Shown here piece after piece: positions 27,341 through 39,499 of a stretch of 64,000 nucleotides of DNA. Position numbers and translations under genes: made by a program. Origin of the DNA: the human T2T-CHM13v2.0 reference genome, Homo sapiens. The stretch lies in the NCBI GenBank assembly GCA_009914755.4, contig CP068257.2, positions 25,920,001 through 25,984,000 on the forward strand, read 5' to 3'. The notes under the pieces were generated by a model that was not told the DNA's origin, did not search any database, and saw only the letters and a list, made by a program, of their open reading frames with translations. Each line of letters starts with the position of its first letter. The stretch's first letter is position 1.

Positions 27341-30037
27341 CAGGTGGCTGTGAAAGAATAAAGGGGATCCAGATGAAGCAGTGAACACATATGTGCAACA
27401 GGGAGTGTGTTTCAGTAAATCAGTGGCAGACAATGGAGTTTAGATCCAATGCATTCTATCATCACTAGTGAAGTGTCCTGAACAGAAACACTCAAGGATG
27501 AGTTTAGTATTGTATTTCAGAATTTATGGAACAAGATATATGCAGTGAAGGGGACCTGTAGCAAGAGAGATGGTTCAGCTGACATCTGCAGCCATCTTGA
27601 CCTAAGGTGATATGTGTGATGAGAGCTAAAAAGCAAGCAGTAGATACTACAATTTGATTCTATATAGGAGATGAATAAATAAATGAAACAAGATTTTCAA
27701 TTATACTATTTTAGCTCTCATAGAAAGTGGCGTTTCTGTTTTTATGGAAGTAAAGAGGAACCGGCAATATAATTAGTTGAAGAATGATTTCCCTCTATTT
27801 CAATTTAATTTACAGAGGAAACTCTTTTAAAAAATAATTTATAGTATATTTATCTAGTCAAGAGAATGATTGAAATAACTGAATATATTTGGCAATAAAC
27901 TCAGGGAAATTTTTAGGAATCTGTACCCCTCTTCACCTCTTTAATCTCTATCAGTAACTTCCTCCCCCAACTACCCAAACTAAGTGTACAATCTATATGG
28001 AGCGTTTGAAGTCACTATGCACCTATATAGCTTTAAGATAACCTGTTCAACACCTCCTATCACAAAATCCCTGAGTTAGAGTCTTAGATATAGAAATTCT
28101 AGAACCACCATTGACCTGATTATCTTGAGAGGTATGATTTGCATCATCTTACCTAACTTTGGTTTTGGCACGATTTAGAGGTAAGCTCTACGAGGGCAGG
28201 GATGTTTTCTTGTGCATTGCTGTTTTCTTAGTATCTAAAATAGTGCTGTGGACATTGAAGATACACTTTAAATTAAAATATCTTGACACTTCAGTATTTG
28301 TTAAATAGATCTCTGTATGTTGGAAGTCTAATTGCACAGTAGAACTAAGGTTAAGGAGGCATTATAAACTAAAGGACCACATGTCTCACTAGAAAACAAT
28401 GTGTATTCAATTTTTCTTAATGTCGTAGTGACAACTCAGTGATCTCAACGGCGAGTTCTGTTCTCCCTGCAGGATCAAGCCCTCTGAATATGGTTTTTAT
28501 TTTTTATGTTTCTTTTTTTTCTTTGCAATGTAAGTTTCAAGTATCATTATTCTCATGTGTTGAATATTAGCAATCCAGCTGCTTGAGTCGATTTAAAAGC
28601 ATTTAATTTTGTTTTTCTCTCACAGCTTCTGAGCCCACCGAAGTGTACTGCAATCCATCAAGACAGAAAATCCTGCATTTTGTGGTCCAGAGTATTTGGA
28701 ATTGATTTAGCTGTACCTGGATCCAAGTTGATTTGCCTTCAATCTCCCAGACTTAACTGTTGAAGTCTATAGCACATTAAGCATTTAGGTCTACAGAGTC
28801 ACAGCCATTCACTGACCCGGCTCTAATTTTCACTTGGAGTTAGTACTTTTTGATTTGGGATTTGTGAAAAGGCAAAAATATTTGTCAGACACCCACTGCC
28901 AGGAATGCTGATTTTAATTTCGTGACTTCTACTGCAGAAAAAAAAAAAAAGTTAATTTTCCCACTTGGAGTTTTTATCCATGGATATCAGGCTACAATAT
29001 TTCCCCCAGAGTTATCTTTCCTGCTTCCTTCTTTTGGCAAAACTTACACGGAGGTGAGTTTCCTCAATGTGGGCAGAAGGTTAAAGCAATAAGAACTTGC
29101 GGTTGCTGGCCTTCCTTGTAGCCTGGTTTCTGAATGCATTTAGGTTGATGTGGCATCGTAACACTCTCTAGGGCTTACAGGAAAACTTCGTTCTGTTCCG
29201 GAAGCTGCTGTGAGCCAGCGGCTATGAACTTGTGGCCCAGCCACAGGGAATCAGGAACTTCTGAGTTAGAGCCCAGACGCCACTGAGCCTCACTGAGTGA
29301 CCTCAAGCAAGTTACTTAACATTTGCCTGCTCCTCATTTTCCAGCTGTAAAATGGGGAAAAAAAATATATTTGCTCATTCAAGTTAAGCAGTTTGCAAGT
29401 TGTTCCTACCGTACTGTGGGTTAATTTTTATGCATGTTTTTGGTTTTCATTTTTTGCTTTGTTTTTTCATAACAAATTTAAAAGGGGAAAGGGGGTGTAA
29501 TTTTATTTTTTAAAAGATGACACATAAAAATTGCCACAATTCGAACTGAACTTAAAAGATGTCAAGTATATCAAAATATAAATGTATAACCTTTTTTGAG
29601 CTGTGCTGTAACACTCATTAGATATTCCCTGCCAATTATAGTGTGACTGCAATGAAGATGAAGTTTTTTTCATGTTTTCTCTCTACTGTGGCCCCAGAAT
29701 TTAGAACAGAGCCTGCCATACAATAAATGCTCAAAATACTTGCTAAATGCATTTAATGAACAAATTAATGAATGAAAACATAATAGTCCAAGAAAATTAT
29801 AGAAAAAGTAAGTTCTTAATTTTACTATATATATAGACATTTGTTTCCTAATTAAGAATTAGAACAATAGGAAACAAAAACAATAAAAATTATAACTATC
29901 AATTTATGATACTATAGAATTCTTTATTGACTCTTTGGCTATCTAAAAATCAAAGATATCTGGGGAGCCTACAGAGTTTAAGTTAAAACACTGTTGTCCC
30001 ATACACTTTCATACCCCAAAGAACCATTGTTTATTAA

Positions 30038-30330
<293 letters not shown>

Positions 30331-30929
30331 ATTTATTAATTTTTTTTAATGTTACATATTATTTCAGGAGATTGCAAGAGAAGAGAATCATATTTGACAA
30401 AAACACATAAAAGAATAATTGCCTAGCTGAAATATATATTTTTGAAATGTAAAAAGAATGAGAAATTTTACACAAAAGAACATGGTAAATTAAGCATTGA
30501 CATAATGCCAAACAAACTTTCTAAAACTCGTTTCATTTGGTGACAAAATATATTTTTGTTCTTATTTTAGAATATTACTTTAGCATTTAAAAATAATTAA
30601 ACATTTTCCCATTATAGGATTAAAATAATTTAATTTCTGGAATTTTCTTTTTGTTATCAATTACTGTGGCATCAGACAGTTGTTTAAAGAGTGAATAAGA
30701 AGTATGATAGCAGTTTCACTAAATGGCAAGAAAAAGGTAGCTGAAAAGAAGTTAAATACAAATTTCTAGCTTTTATTTTATCACAATCTTTGAAGGTATT
30801 AAAAGGAAAAACCAATACATTGTAGTAGATTAGTTTTAGATTGAAATGAAAGATTTGCTTATTCTTTTATTTGGGAAAAAAAGATGAGTTTGTCAGAGAA
30901 TTAACTTTTTTTATTTCAATTTAAGAGTT

Positions 30930-31669
30930 AATAGGAACGCCTTTACACTGTTGGTGGGACTGTAAATTAGTTCAACCATTGTGGAAGACAGTGTGGTGAT
31001 TCCTCAAGGATCTAGAACTAGAAATACCATTTGACCCAGCTACCATACCATTTGATGCCATTAGTGGGTATATACCCAAAGGATTATACCTTTTGATGCC
31101 ATTACTGGGTATATACCCAAAGGATTATACCTTTTGATGCCATTACTGGGTATATACCCAAAGGATTATAAATCATTCTACTATAAAGACACATGCACAT
31201 GTATGTTTATTGTGGCACTATTCACAATAGCAAAGACTTGGAACCAACCCAAATGTCCATCAATGATAGACTGGATAAAGAAAATGTGGCACATATACAC
31301 CATGGAATATTACACAACCATAAAAAAGGATGAGTTCGTGTCCTTTGCGGGGACATAGGTGAAGCTGGAAACCATCATTCTCAGCAAACTATCACAAGAA
31401 CAGAAAACCAAACACCACATGTTCTCACTCATAAGTGGGAGTTGAACAATGAGAACACATGGACACAGGGAGTGGAACATCACACACCAGGGCCTGTTGG
31501 GGGGTGGGGGGCTAGGGGAGGGATAGCATTCAGAGAAATACCTAATGTAGGTGACGGGTTGATGGGTGCAGCAAACCACCATGGCACATGTATACCTATG
31601 TAACAAAACTACACGTTCTGTATATGTACCCCAGAACTTAAAGTATAATTTTAAGAAAGTGAAAAAAAA
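30930..31669 (+). mobile_element. LINE-1 (L1PA-type) 3' fragment (~740 bp: ORF2 C-terminus + 3' UTR + poly-A) containing an internal 3x41-bp tandem triplication
   Basis: 'ctttacactgttggtgggactgtaaattagttcaaccattgtggaagacagtgtgg...' through '...gtaccccagaacttaaagtataat' plus A10; probable 7-bp TSD AAGAGTT at 30923-30929 and 31670-31676. Confidence 0.92.
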
Positions 31670-32029
31670 AAGAGTTGGAATGCATTGTCAATGACTCACT
31701 TATTGAAAATAACTGAACCAAGGTAGGAGCTTAGGTTATATGACGTTGCCATTATTGTTTCTAATGAAAGCAAAGTAATTACTCTCTTTGATGTAGATAT
31801 TTTTTAGCCATACTCTAGGAGTGAAGATTTCTGTGGACATTTGTTCTGAATATAAACAACTCCAAAAAATTACTCAGGTTCTTGCTAAACTTCTTTTCCT
31901 TTTGGTGTTCTTTAATGTTCTTCTGAAGGCACATAGCAGAAAGCCTCCATTTAGTGCTGAGAACTTTAATGCCCCTCATCTCCCACTAATCTTTTTTTAA
32001 TGATGAGAAGGAATGTTTAGAATCACTAA

Positions 32030-32645
32030 ATCCTTGTAATTACTTTTCTATTGCTGCTGTAACAAATTATTGTTAGAATTTTAACAAGTGCAAATTTATT
32101 ATCGCACAATTCTGCAGGTCAGAAGTCAGGTGGGATCAACTGGATCTACTCTGGATCTCACAAGGCCAATGCCAAAGTGCTGGCATGCCAGGGTTTTTAT
32201 CTGAAAGCTTCTGAAAAGAATCCATTTCCAGGCTCATTCTGGTTGTAGACAGAATCCAGTTTCTTGTGCTTTTTGTGATCAAGGTCCCAATTTCCTTGCT
32301 GGCTGTCAGATGGGGTTTGCATTTAGCTTCTTAGGGGCCTCACTCTAATCTTTGCATGGAGCTCGATGCCTCAGCCAGCAAAGTGTATCAAATTCTTTTC
32401 ACACTTAGAATCTCTCTGACTTCTCCTTATCTCTGCCCCCAAACAGAGGACATTCTCTGCTTTTAAGGGCTCATATGATTAGATTGGGTTCACTTGGATA
32501 ATCCAGAATAATCTTCTTAGTTTTACATCATTCACTTTAATTGTATCTACAAAAGATTTTTCTGCCATTTAGTATGATATATTCACAGGTTTAGAGAGTG
32601 AACATCTTTAGGAAGACATTCTGCCCATCACATTCTTGAATTCAC
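32030..32645 (+). mobile_element. Second copy of old repeat family B
   Basis: 'ttttctattgctgctgtaacaaattat...ctgcaggtcagaagtcaggtgggatcaactgg...tccatttccaggctcattctggttgtag...' parallels 985-1500. Confidence 0.45.
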
Positions 32646-35600
32646 TAATTGTTGGAACTATTAGAATAAATGGATAAGAAAAAAAGTGCCCTAACCTAGA
32701 GATGGCAAAATTGAAATATTTAGAAAAAACTCTGTAATGCAATAGACAAAAATTTGAGCAACCTACCCTGTAACGTAAAGGTTCAGATCCAAGGCCTGTT
32801 TTGATCCACTTTTCCAAGATGCTGATATCAGATGAGCTCATCTGGAAATAATTAGACTTAAAAATCATCTTTGAATTAAATTAAAAATCTGAAAACTAGA
32901 AAGGATAGGACGTTGCTTAAATCAAGATTACTACCAGCCCATATAATGGTCTTAGTTTCATTGTATGGATTCCAAATCTTTTTCACCAAATAATTTCTTT
33001 ATTTTTTTCTTTTTTGCTTCTGTGCTTTATAGTTTTGAATCCAGCTGATTAGTTTGAATCTTGGACATATCTTGTTTTTGTTACTGTTGTTGATGGTGGT
33101 TGGTTGGTTGGTTGATTTTTAACTGCATTATGGTGAGAAATCTGCAGATACTTCCAATTTTTCAGGAATGTTTTGAAAAAGCACTTCCACTGTGCTGCCT
33201 TCCAGTTCTCCTCCTTCCAGACTGTCCTTGTTGCTTCTTGAATAAACCGAGCTTATTCTAACCCTTGGACATGGTTTCCTCCTTATGGAGGGTGCTTTCC
33301 ATGATTGTCATTGACTAACTCCCTGATGTTCTTCAGATTCAGTTTGGTCGTCATCATCTAGGAATTCTATTTGTCTACCTAATATAAAGTATACATTCAC
33401 CTATTCAATGTCATGTTACTCCATCTCAATTTTTTTCCATAGAAACTGTCACCAGCTGACATTTTTTATCATTTACTTATTTTTGATCGAATATTTTTTC
33501 CTATGTCCTCCTATAGTAGTACTAATGAATGAATGGATAAATAGGTGCAAGTATATCATTGCAGCCTTTTATTTTTGAACATTCTTCAAGACAAAATGAC
33601 ACAGATTACCTATAATTCCAGATTTCTAGCTATTGATACATTAGAACAAAAGCTGAGAATAAAATATTTTTTGCTTTAGTTAATGGATATGATATAACAA
33701 TAACTTAAGATGGTAGCATCTGTGGCTCTTTCGAAAACCCACTGTGATTTTCCATTGTCTGCATTCTTCAATTGTCCCCTTAGGGCCATTATTGAGATCC
33801 ATTCTCCCATGCTACTGCCCTGTATTTGGGGCTTACTTTTGTCCCATTTCTCTTTCATCAACAAGTCACACTGGGAGGGAGCAAACATCTCGATGTGGAT
33901 TTATCAGCAAATCTCTGGCACAGAGTGTTAAACCTGTCTAGAGTTTCAAATAGCATAATATGTTCTTTTCAACCACTATATAGACTTCATGTGTCCTGTG
34001 AAATACTACAGTTGCTATACTTCAAGTCCGAGTTAATGTTAAGAGCAAGTTTTGAGAGGAGGGTCCATTTTTTTGTACTTTTCACAAACACCCGTCTGAA
34101 AACAGTTACAGAAGTCTTGGGAACAGTTTTTCATAGCTTATCACCTCTTGTTCCCTCTGGCAGACATAGACGGCCACCCTGTAAGTCACAGGGATGGGTT
34201 TTCTGTGGTAATTGCTAAAGCATCGTCTTCCTGGAGTCTTTTCTTGTTTTCATGACTTCTGCATACACTTTTGATTGATATTTAGGCAATAGTGGATATA
34301 TGATATGTTTTTAGGAAGTTAGAGATTCCTTTAGATTTTTTAAAGAAGAGGTCCAATATTTTCAGAGCCTTGGAATTCGTTTCCAAAACCTCAGAGAATA
34401 GGGGGAAATGGTGTAGCACTGGTTACACTGCAGTTCCTGGTAGGGTGTGGAAGATGGTGTGGTGAGCTTGATTTCCTGTTTCAGAGATTAAAACAATTTT
34501 CTGAGGAAAAACATTTTTTCAAAAATCTTTTGGAGTATCCAGGGAGATTTCCTTCCAAGTGATTATTCCACAAAGGTAAGGAGGTGAGTCAGCCAGATGT
34601 GCTTTTTCTCATTTGGATAAACTTTTGATGGTCTCTGCTGAGGGACTTGAGTTTCCAACTTTTTGGACTCTGTCCAGCTGTTCTATTAGGGGAATGCACT
34701 TTTCAAATATGTTCAAGAATATAAGTCCTTCCAAGTACTTCTCTGACAAGTGTTTCTGTAAAACTGAATGGCAATTGCGGCATCCAAAAACATTAGAAAT
34801 GTGTATCTTTTGCATATCACAACAGTACAAAGAAGAAAGATGTGTGCTGCCCCCTGAACTGTAGTGCTTTTCTAAAATATGTTTGAACTTCAGATGTGTT
34901 TGCTTAAGGGTGTGATGGAACTAATATTCTTTATTTTGTGATAATGATTACTTGAGCACTGTCTGTGCCTTTTTTTTTTCCAAAGGAAGTACATTCTAAG
35001 CATTGCTTAATATCTGGCAGTCATTTAAGCAATAGAAAGAAACATTTGATATTTTTTGCATCATTTTCCATCCAAATAATAATATCAAAGCAAAAAAATA
35101 CCCAGACACTGGTTGTAAAAATATAGAAATTGTGGCAACAGCCAATTAGTTCCCAGAAAGTCTTTTGGTTTCATAAAACTTTCCATAATAATCATGCATT
35201 GGAAAATCTTCTGATACAAACAGGAGTCATAGTCAGGCTAATACATTAAATGAATCTAATTTATCCTCCTATTTCCAAAAAAGAAAACACATAGTCTGAA
35301 ATAGGATTCACAGAGCAACAACAAAAGCAAAAAAGATCAATATGTATTTAGTACACAGTAACTGAGGCAGAAACACTGCTATATTCATACACTATTACAT
35401 TTATACACTGTTTACATGAAGGAATTGTTGAGTGCTTGAAACATTTCAACGTGCAGTGCAACTCTGACCTGAGGTAGGATACAACAGGAAAAAATCAGGG
35501 ATTTTCCTGAAATCAATTCAATGCTGGTAACAAGTGCTTCAAAGACTGATCTATGGTTTCTACAGTGTTATTCACCAGGAAATGTACCCTCCAATAGCAA

Positions 35601-36152
35601 TATACCTTCTCTTCACTGTGTGCCATGGATAAATTTTAAACAAGGAAATTTTAAGATTGAGAAACTCTATGTTGTTTTACAGCTTCCTTCCTTAGAGCAA
35701 CTTTGGGATTTTAAATAAGTACCTTATGAAATTAAGTCATATGTGTTCTGTTTCCAGTACACTCTGAATATATGACTATATTGATTTTGGTGATTAGATC
35801 TATATCTTACCATGGTTGTATTTCTTGCTCCCAATAGACAAAAAGCAACCATAAGCCCCTTCTCACATGTTTAGTGATAGTAATCACTTCTAAAATAACT
35901 TTTTGTGAAATGACATTCCTCTTGATAACTTCACACATCGTATTTTGGATTTTAGACCTTGGCCATATAATCAGTTAATTTAATTTGAATGTAAGACACA
36001 GCTGGGATAAGATCCTGCTAAACTGAATACAAGTTAACTCCTTCTCTCCTCAGTCTCTCCTCATTTAAGATAAATATGTCATCTGTTTTCTATTGGGATC
36101 TTGACTAAGGCAGTGTTGTTACAACAGTCAAAATATGCTGTGTCTACTGTAA

Positions 36153-36328
36153 TTTGTTTTTGTTTTGTTTTGTTTTGTTTTTGAGACAGAGTCTTACTCC
36201 ATTACCCAGGCTTGAGTGCAGTGGCGCGATCGTGGCTCACTGCAACCTCTGCCTATTGGGTTCAACTTATTCTTGTGCCTCAACCTCCTGAGTAGCTGGG
36301 ATTACAGGCATGAGCCACCATGCCCGGC
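36153..36328 (-). mobile_element. (GTTTT)n tail plus 5'-truncated Alu (right monomer only, antisense)
   Basis: 'gtttttgttttgttttgttttgtttttgagacagagtcttactccattacccaggcttgagtgcagtggcgcgatcgtggctcactgcaacc...gattacaggcatgagccaccatgcccggcta'. Confidence 0.88.
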
Positions 36329-38440
36329 TACTGTAGTTTGAATCAAGATATTTCTCATGTAAATAACAATGTGAACATCTTAATTTCAGAAAATATTCTC
36401 TAATTAGACTCATTTTTTTTCTACAGTACTCTTCATTTAAACAAAATCTCAAAAGCATATAAAACACAAATGTTCTGAGTCTTGCCAACTTTTGACTACA
36501 TACATATTTGTGTACCTAGACTATATTCACAAGAGACCTACTAATGTAAACAGATAAAACATGAGTTATCAAAGAGTCTTCCCCCTTTATTTCCGAAATT
36601 CAAAATGAATGCCCTACATGCTCTTAAAACCACTCTTAGCTATTGAGAAAAACTTGAAAGCAACAATTGCTGATTGCCAAATTTTCCCATAATTCTATCT
36701 CCTAGGCATATAGAAGAATTGTAATTTTTGTCCCCCATAAAAGTAGGTAGGGCTACTTGACTTGACTTGGTCAATGAAATAAGAGCAGAAGTGACATGTC
36801 ACTGCCTCTGAAAACGAGAGCCAGTGTCTAGTTCTCCAAGCTGCCTTCTTTCCTCATGCTTCAGAAAGTATGAAGACACAACTCAAAATAAAGCTTCCAG
36901 CATCCTGGAGTCTTGAATAACTCAGATGAGGAGAGCCCCTCTGTCAAAACAGTATGAACACTTAGGATCTGCAAGGAATATACTTAGCTTTTTAACGTAC
37001 TGAGACTAGGGGATGTTTTTGTTACTTCAGCATAATCTTGCCTATCCTGACTGATACAACTACTGTTACCATCCATCGTCCACCTGTGTTTCTTTCTTTG
37101 TCTTCAGCTCAGAAATCCCTTTGGCCACACAACTGTTACAACTAGCTATCATGCAGTCACCTATGTTCTACAGATGCAGCATAAATATCCATATCCCCTA
37201 TTGTTGCTAGATGCTATTGCAAAGGAAGAGGAGATGGCCTTTTTGAAACACTGTGCCACTTGGACAGCCAAAGAACTCTGCTTATGTTGCAGTGAAACAG
37301 TATCTCTCTTTAACAACTTTATTAGTTCTAGTCATTGTCCTTGCCATGAATAGCACTGATAGTTTTACTCCTGTCTTCAAGCAACTCATTTCCGAATTAA
37401 GAGACTAAGTAGGGAAATTATGTTCTGTAACATCTCCCGTTCTCCTATTCTTTCTCTTGTCCCATGTAAATACAGCAACAAAAATCTCTGTTTTGCTCAC
37501 TTATAAAACAAATGGTCTCATGCTAATCATTGAATGTAAACAGTTGGTGGTATTGATAGGGGGCAGGCAAGTTGTTCAGGCTAGTAGAATCTGAGCCATA
37601 CTTCACCCACCAAAAAATGTCAGGTTCCAGCAATGAAACAGATCATCTGAAGCTGGTGCCTCACCTCGTTTTCCTGTTTTACCAGTGATTTTACTGAGTT
37701 TTTAAAAGCCACTGAACTATAAAACCTTTTAATCTGAAAAAGTAATAGTTCATCATAGATTCGAACTATTATGTAGTTTTTTTTTCAATTACTTACTGTC
37801 AGATTATCTTTCTCCCAATTGTTTATAAATAATGGTAATTCATATTAGACGGTACCTTTATTGGGTGATTCCTCATGTATATTTATAAGTCAGCTCATAC
37901 AAAGTTACAATTTCAAAGATACATATGAACATAAAATATTTAGAATGCAATGAAAATTCTGATTCTCTGCGAATGACTTGCTCTTAGTTTAAATTTTTTA
38001 TTAAACTGTTTCTGTAGCATAATATATTTTATATTAGATTTATTCTTCAAAAATGAGCAATAAACAAAGGCTGATTGGACCACATGATTTGACTATTTTT
38101 ATTTTGCATGTAGTGCTATAAGCCACAGATTTTTTTTTTCTGATTCTCATCTCCCAGTTTTCCCAGCTACCCATTTAACCAGCCAGCCACCCTCCAGTTC
38201 ATTACACACCAATGTGCTACATCTTCTTTTTATCAACTTACCCTTTTATCTAATACTTCTACCTAGTATTTTCCTAGTATTTGCACTTCATATCTCATGT
38301 ATCTAAAGTAAATACATATATTTTAAAACTTTATATTTTAAAATTTTATCAAAACAGTACATGTACAATACTTAAGCAAAATAATGTCAGTAGGTTAATA
38401 TTTTAAAATAGCAGTCACTGTCCCATCCCCTCTTCTTCAG

Positions 38441-39128
38441 GTTTTATTTTTATTTTTAACTTTTATTTTAGGTTTGGGGGTATTATGTGAAGGTTTGTTA
38501 CATAGGTAAACTTGTGTGATGGGGGTTTTGTTGTACATATTATTCCATCACCCAGGTATTAAGTATCCAGTAGCTACCCTTTTGCTCCTCTTCGTTCTCC
38601 TGCCATCCCACTTCAAGTAGACTCCAGTGTCTGTTGTTTCCTTCTTTGTGTTTATAAGTTCTTGTCATTTAGCTCTTATTTATAAGACAGAACATGCAGT
38701 ATTTGGTTTCTGTTCCTGCATTAGTTTGCTAAGGAAAATGGCCTCCAGCTCCATCCAAGTTTCCGCAAAGGAAATGATCTCGTTCTTTTTTTATGGCTGC
38801 ATAGTATTCCATGGTGTATATGTACCACATCATCCAATCTGTCATTGATGGGCATTTAGGTTGATTCTATGTCTTTGCCATGCCATTGTGAATAGTGCTG
38901 CAATAAACATTCACATGCATGTCTTTATGGTAGAATGATTTATATTCCTCTGGGTATATACCCAGTAATGGGGTTGCTGGGTGGAATGGTAGTTCTATTT
39001 TATAGAACATTAAGGAATTGCCATAGTGCTTTCCACAATGCTTGAATGAATTTACACTCCCACCAACAGTATATAAGTATTGCCTTTTCTCTGCAACCTT
39101 GCCAGCATCTGTAGTTTTTTGACTTTTT
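38441..39128 (-). mobile_element. Older L1 (L1PA-old/L1PB-like), 3'-end segment: part 1 of a host L1 later split by younger insertions
   Basis: T-rich tail then 'aacttttattttaggtttgggggtattatgtgaaggtttgttacataggtaaacttgtg...' (antisense L1 3' end) continuing to '...ccagcatctgtagttttttgactttt'. Confidence 0.85.
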
Positions 39129-39499
39129 TTTTTTTACTTTAAATTCCAAGATACATGTGCAGACAGTGTAGGTTTGTTACATAGGTATACATGTGCCATG
39201 GTGGTGTGCTGCACCTATCAAACCGTCCTCTAGGTTTTAAGCCCCGCATTCATTCGCTATTTGTCCTAATGTTCTCCCTCCCCTCTCCCCCAATCCCTAA
39301 CAGGCCCCAGTATGTTTTGTTCACCTCCCTGTGTCCATGTGTTCTCATTGTTCAACTCCCACTTAGGAATGAGAACATGTGGTGTTTGGGTTTCTGTTGC
39401 TGTGATAGTTCGCTGAGGATGATGGCTCCCAGCTTCATCTATGTCCCTGCGAAGGACATGATCTCATTCCTTTTTATGGCTGCATAGTATCTCATGGTG

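Noticed and set aside
27021-27433. Three overlapping minus-strand ORFs of 119-130 aa
   Set aside because: They are translations of the GA-rich simple repeat (F/S/L-rich) and are repeat artefacts.
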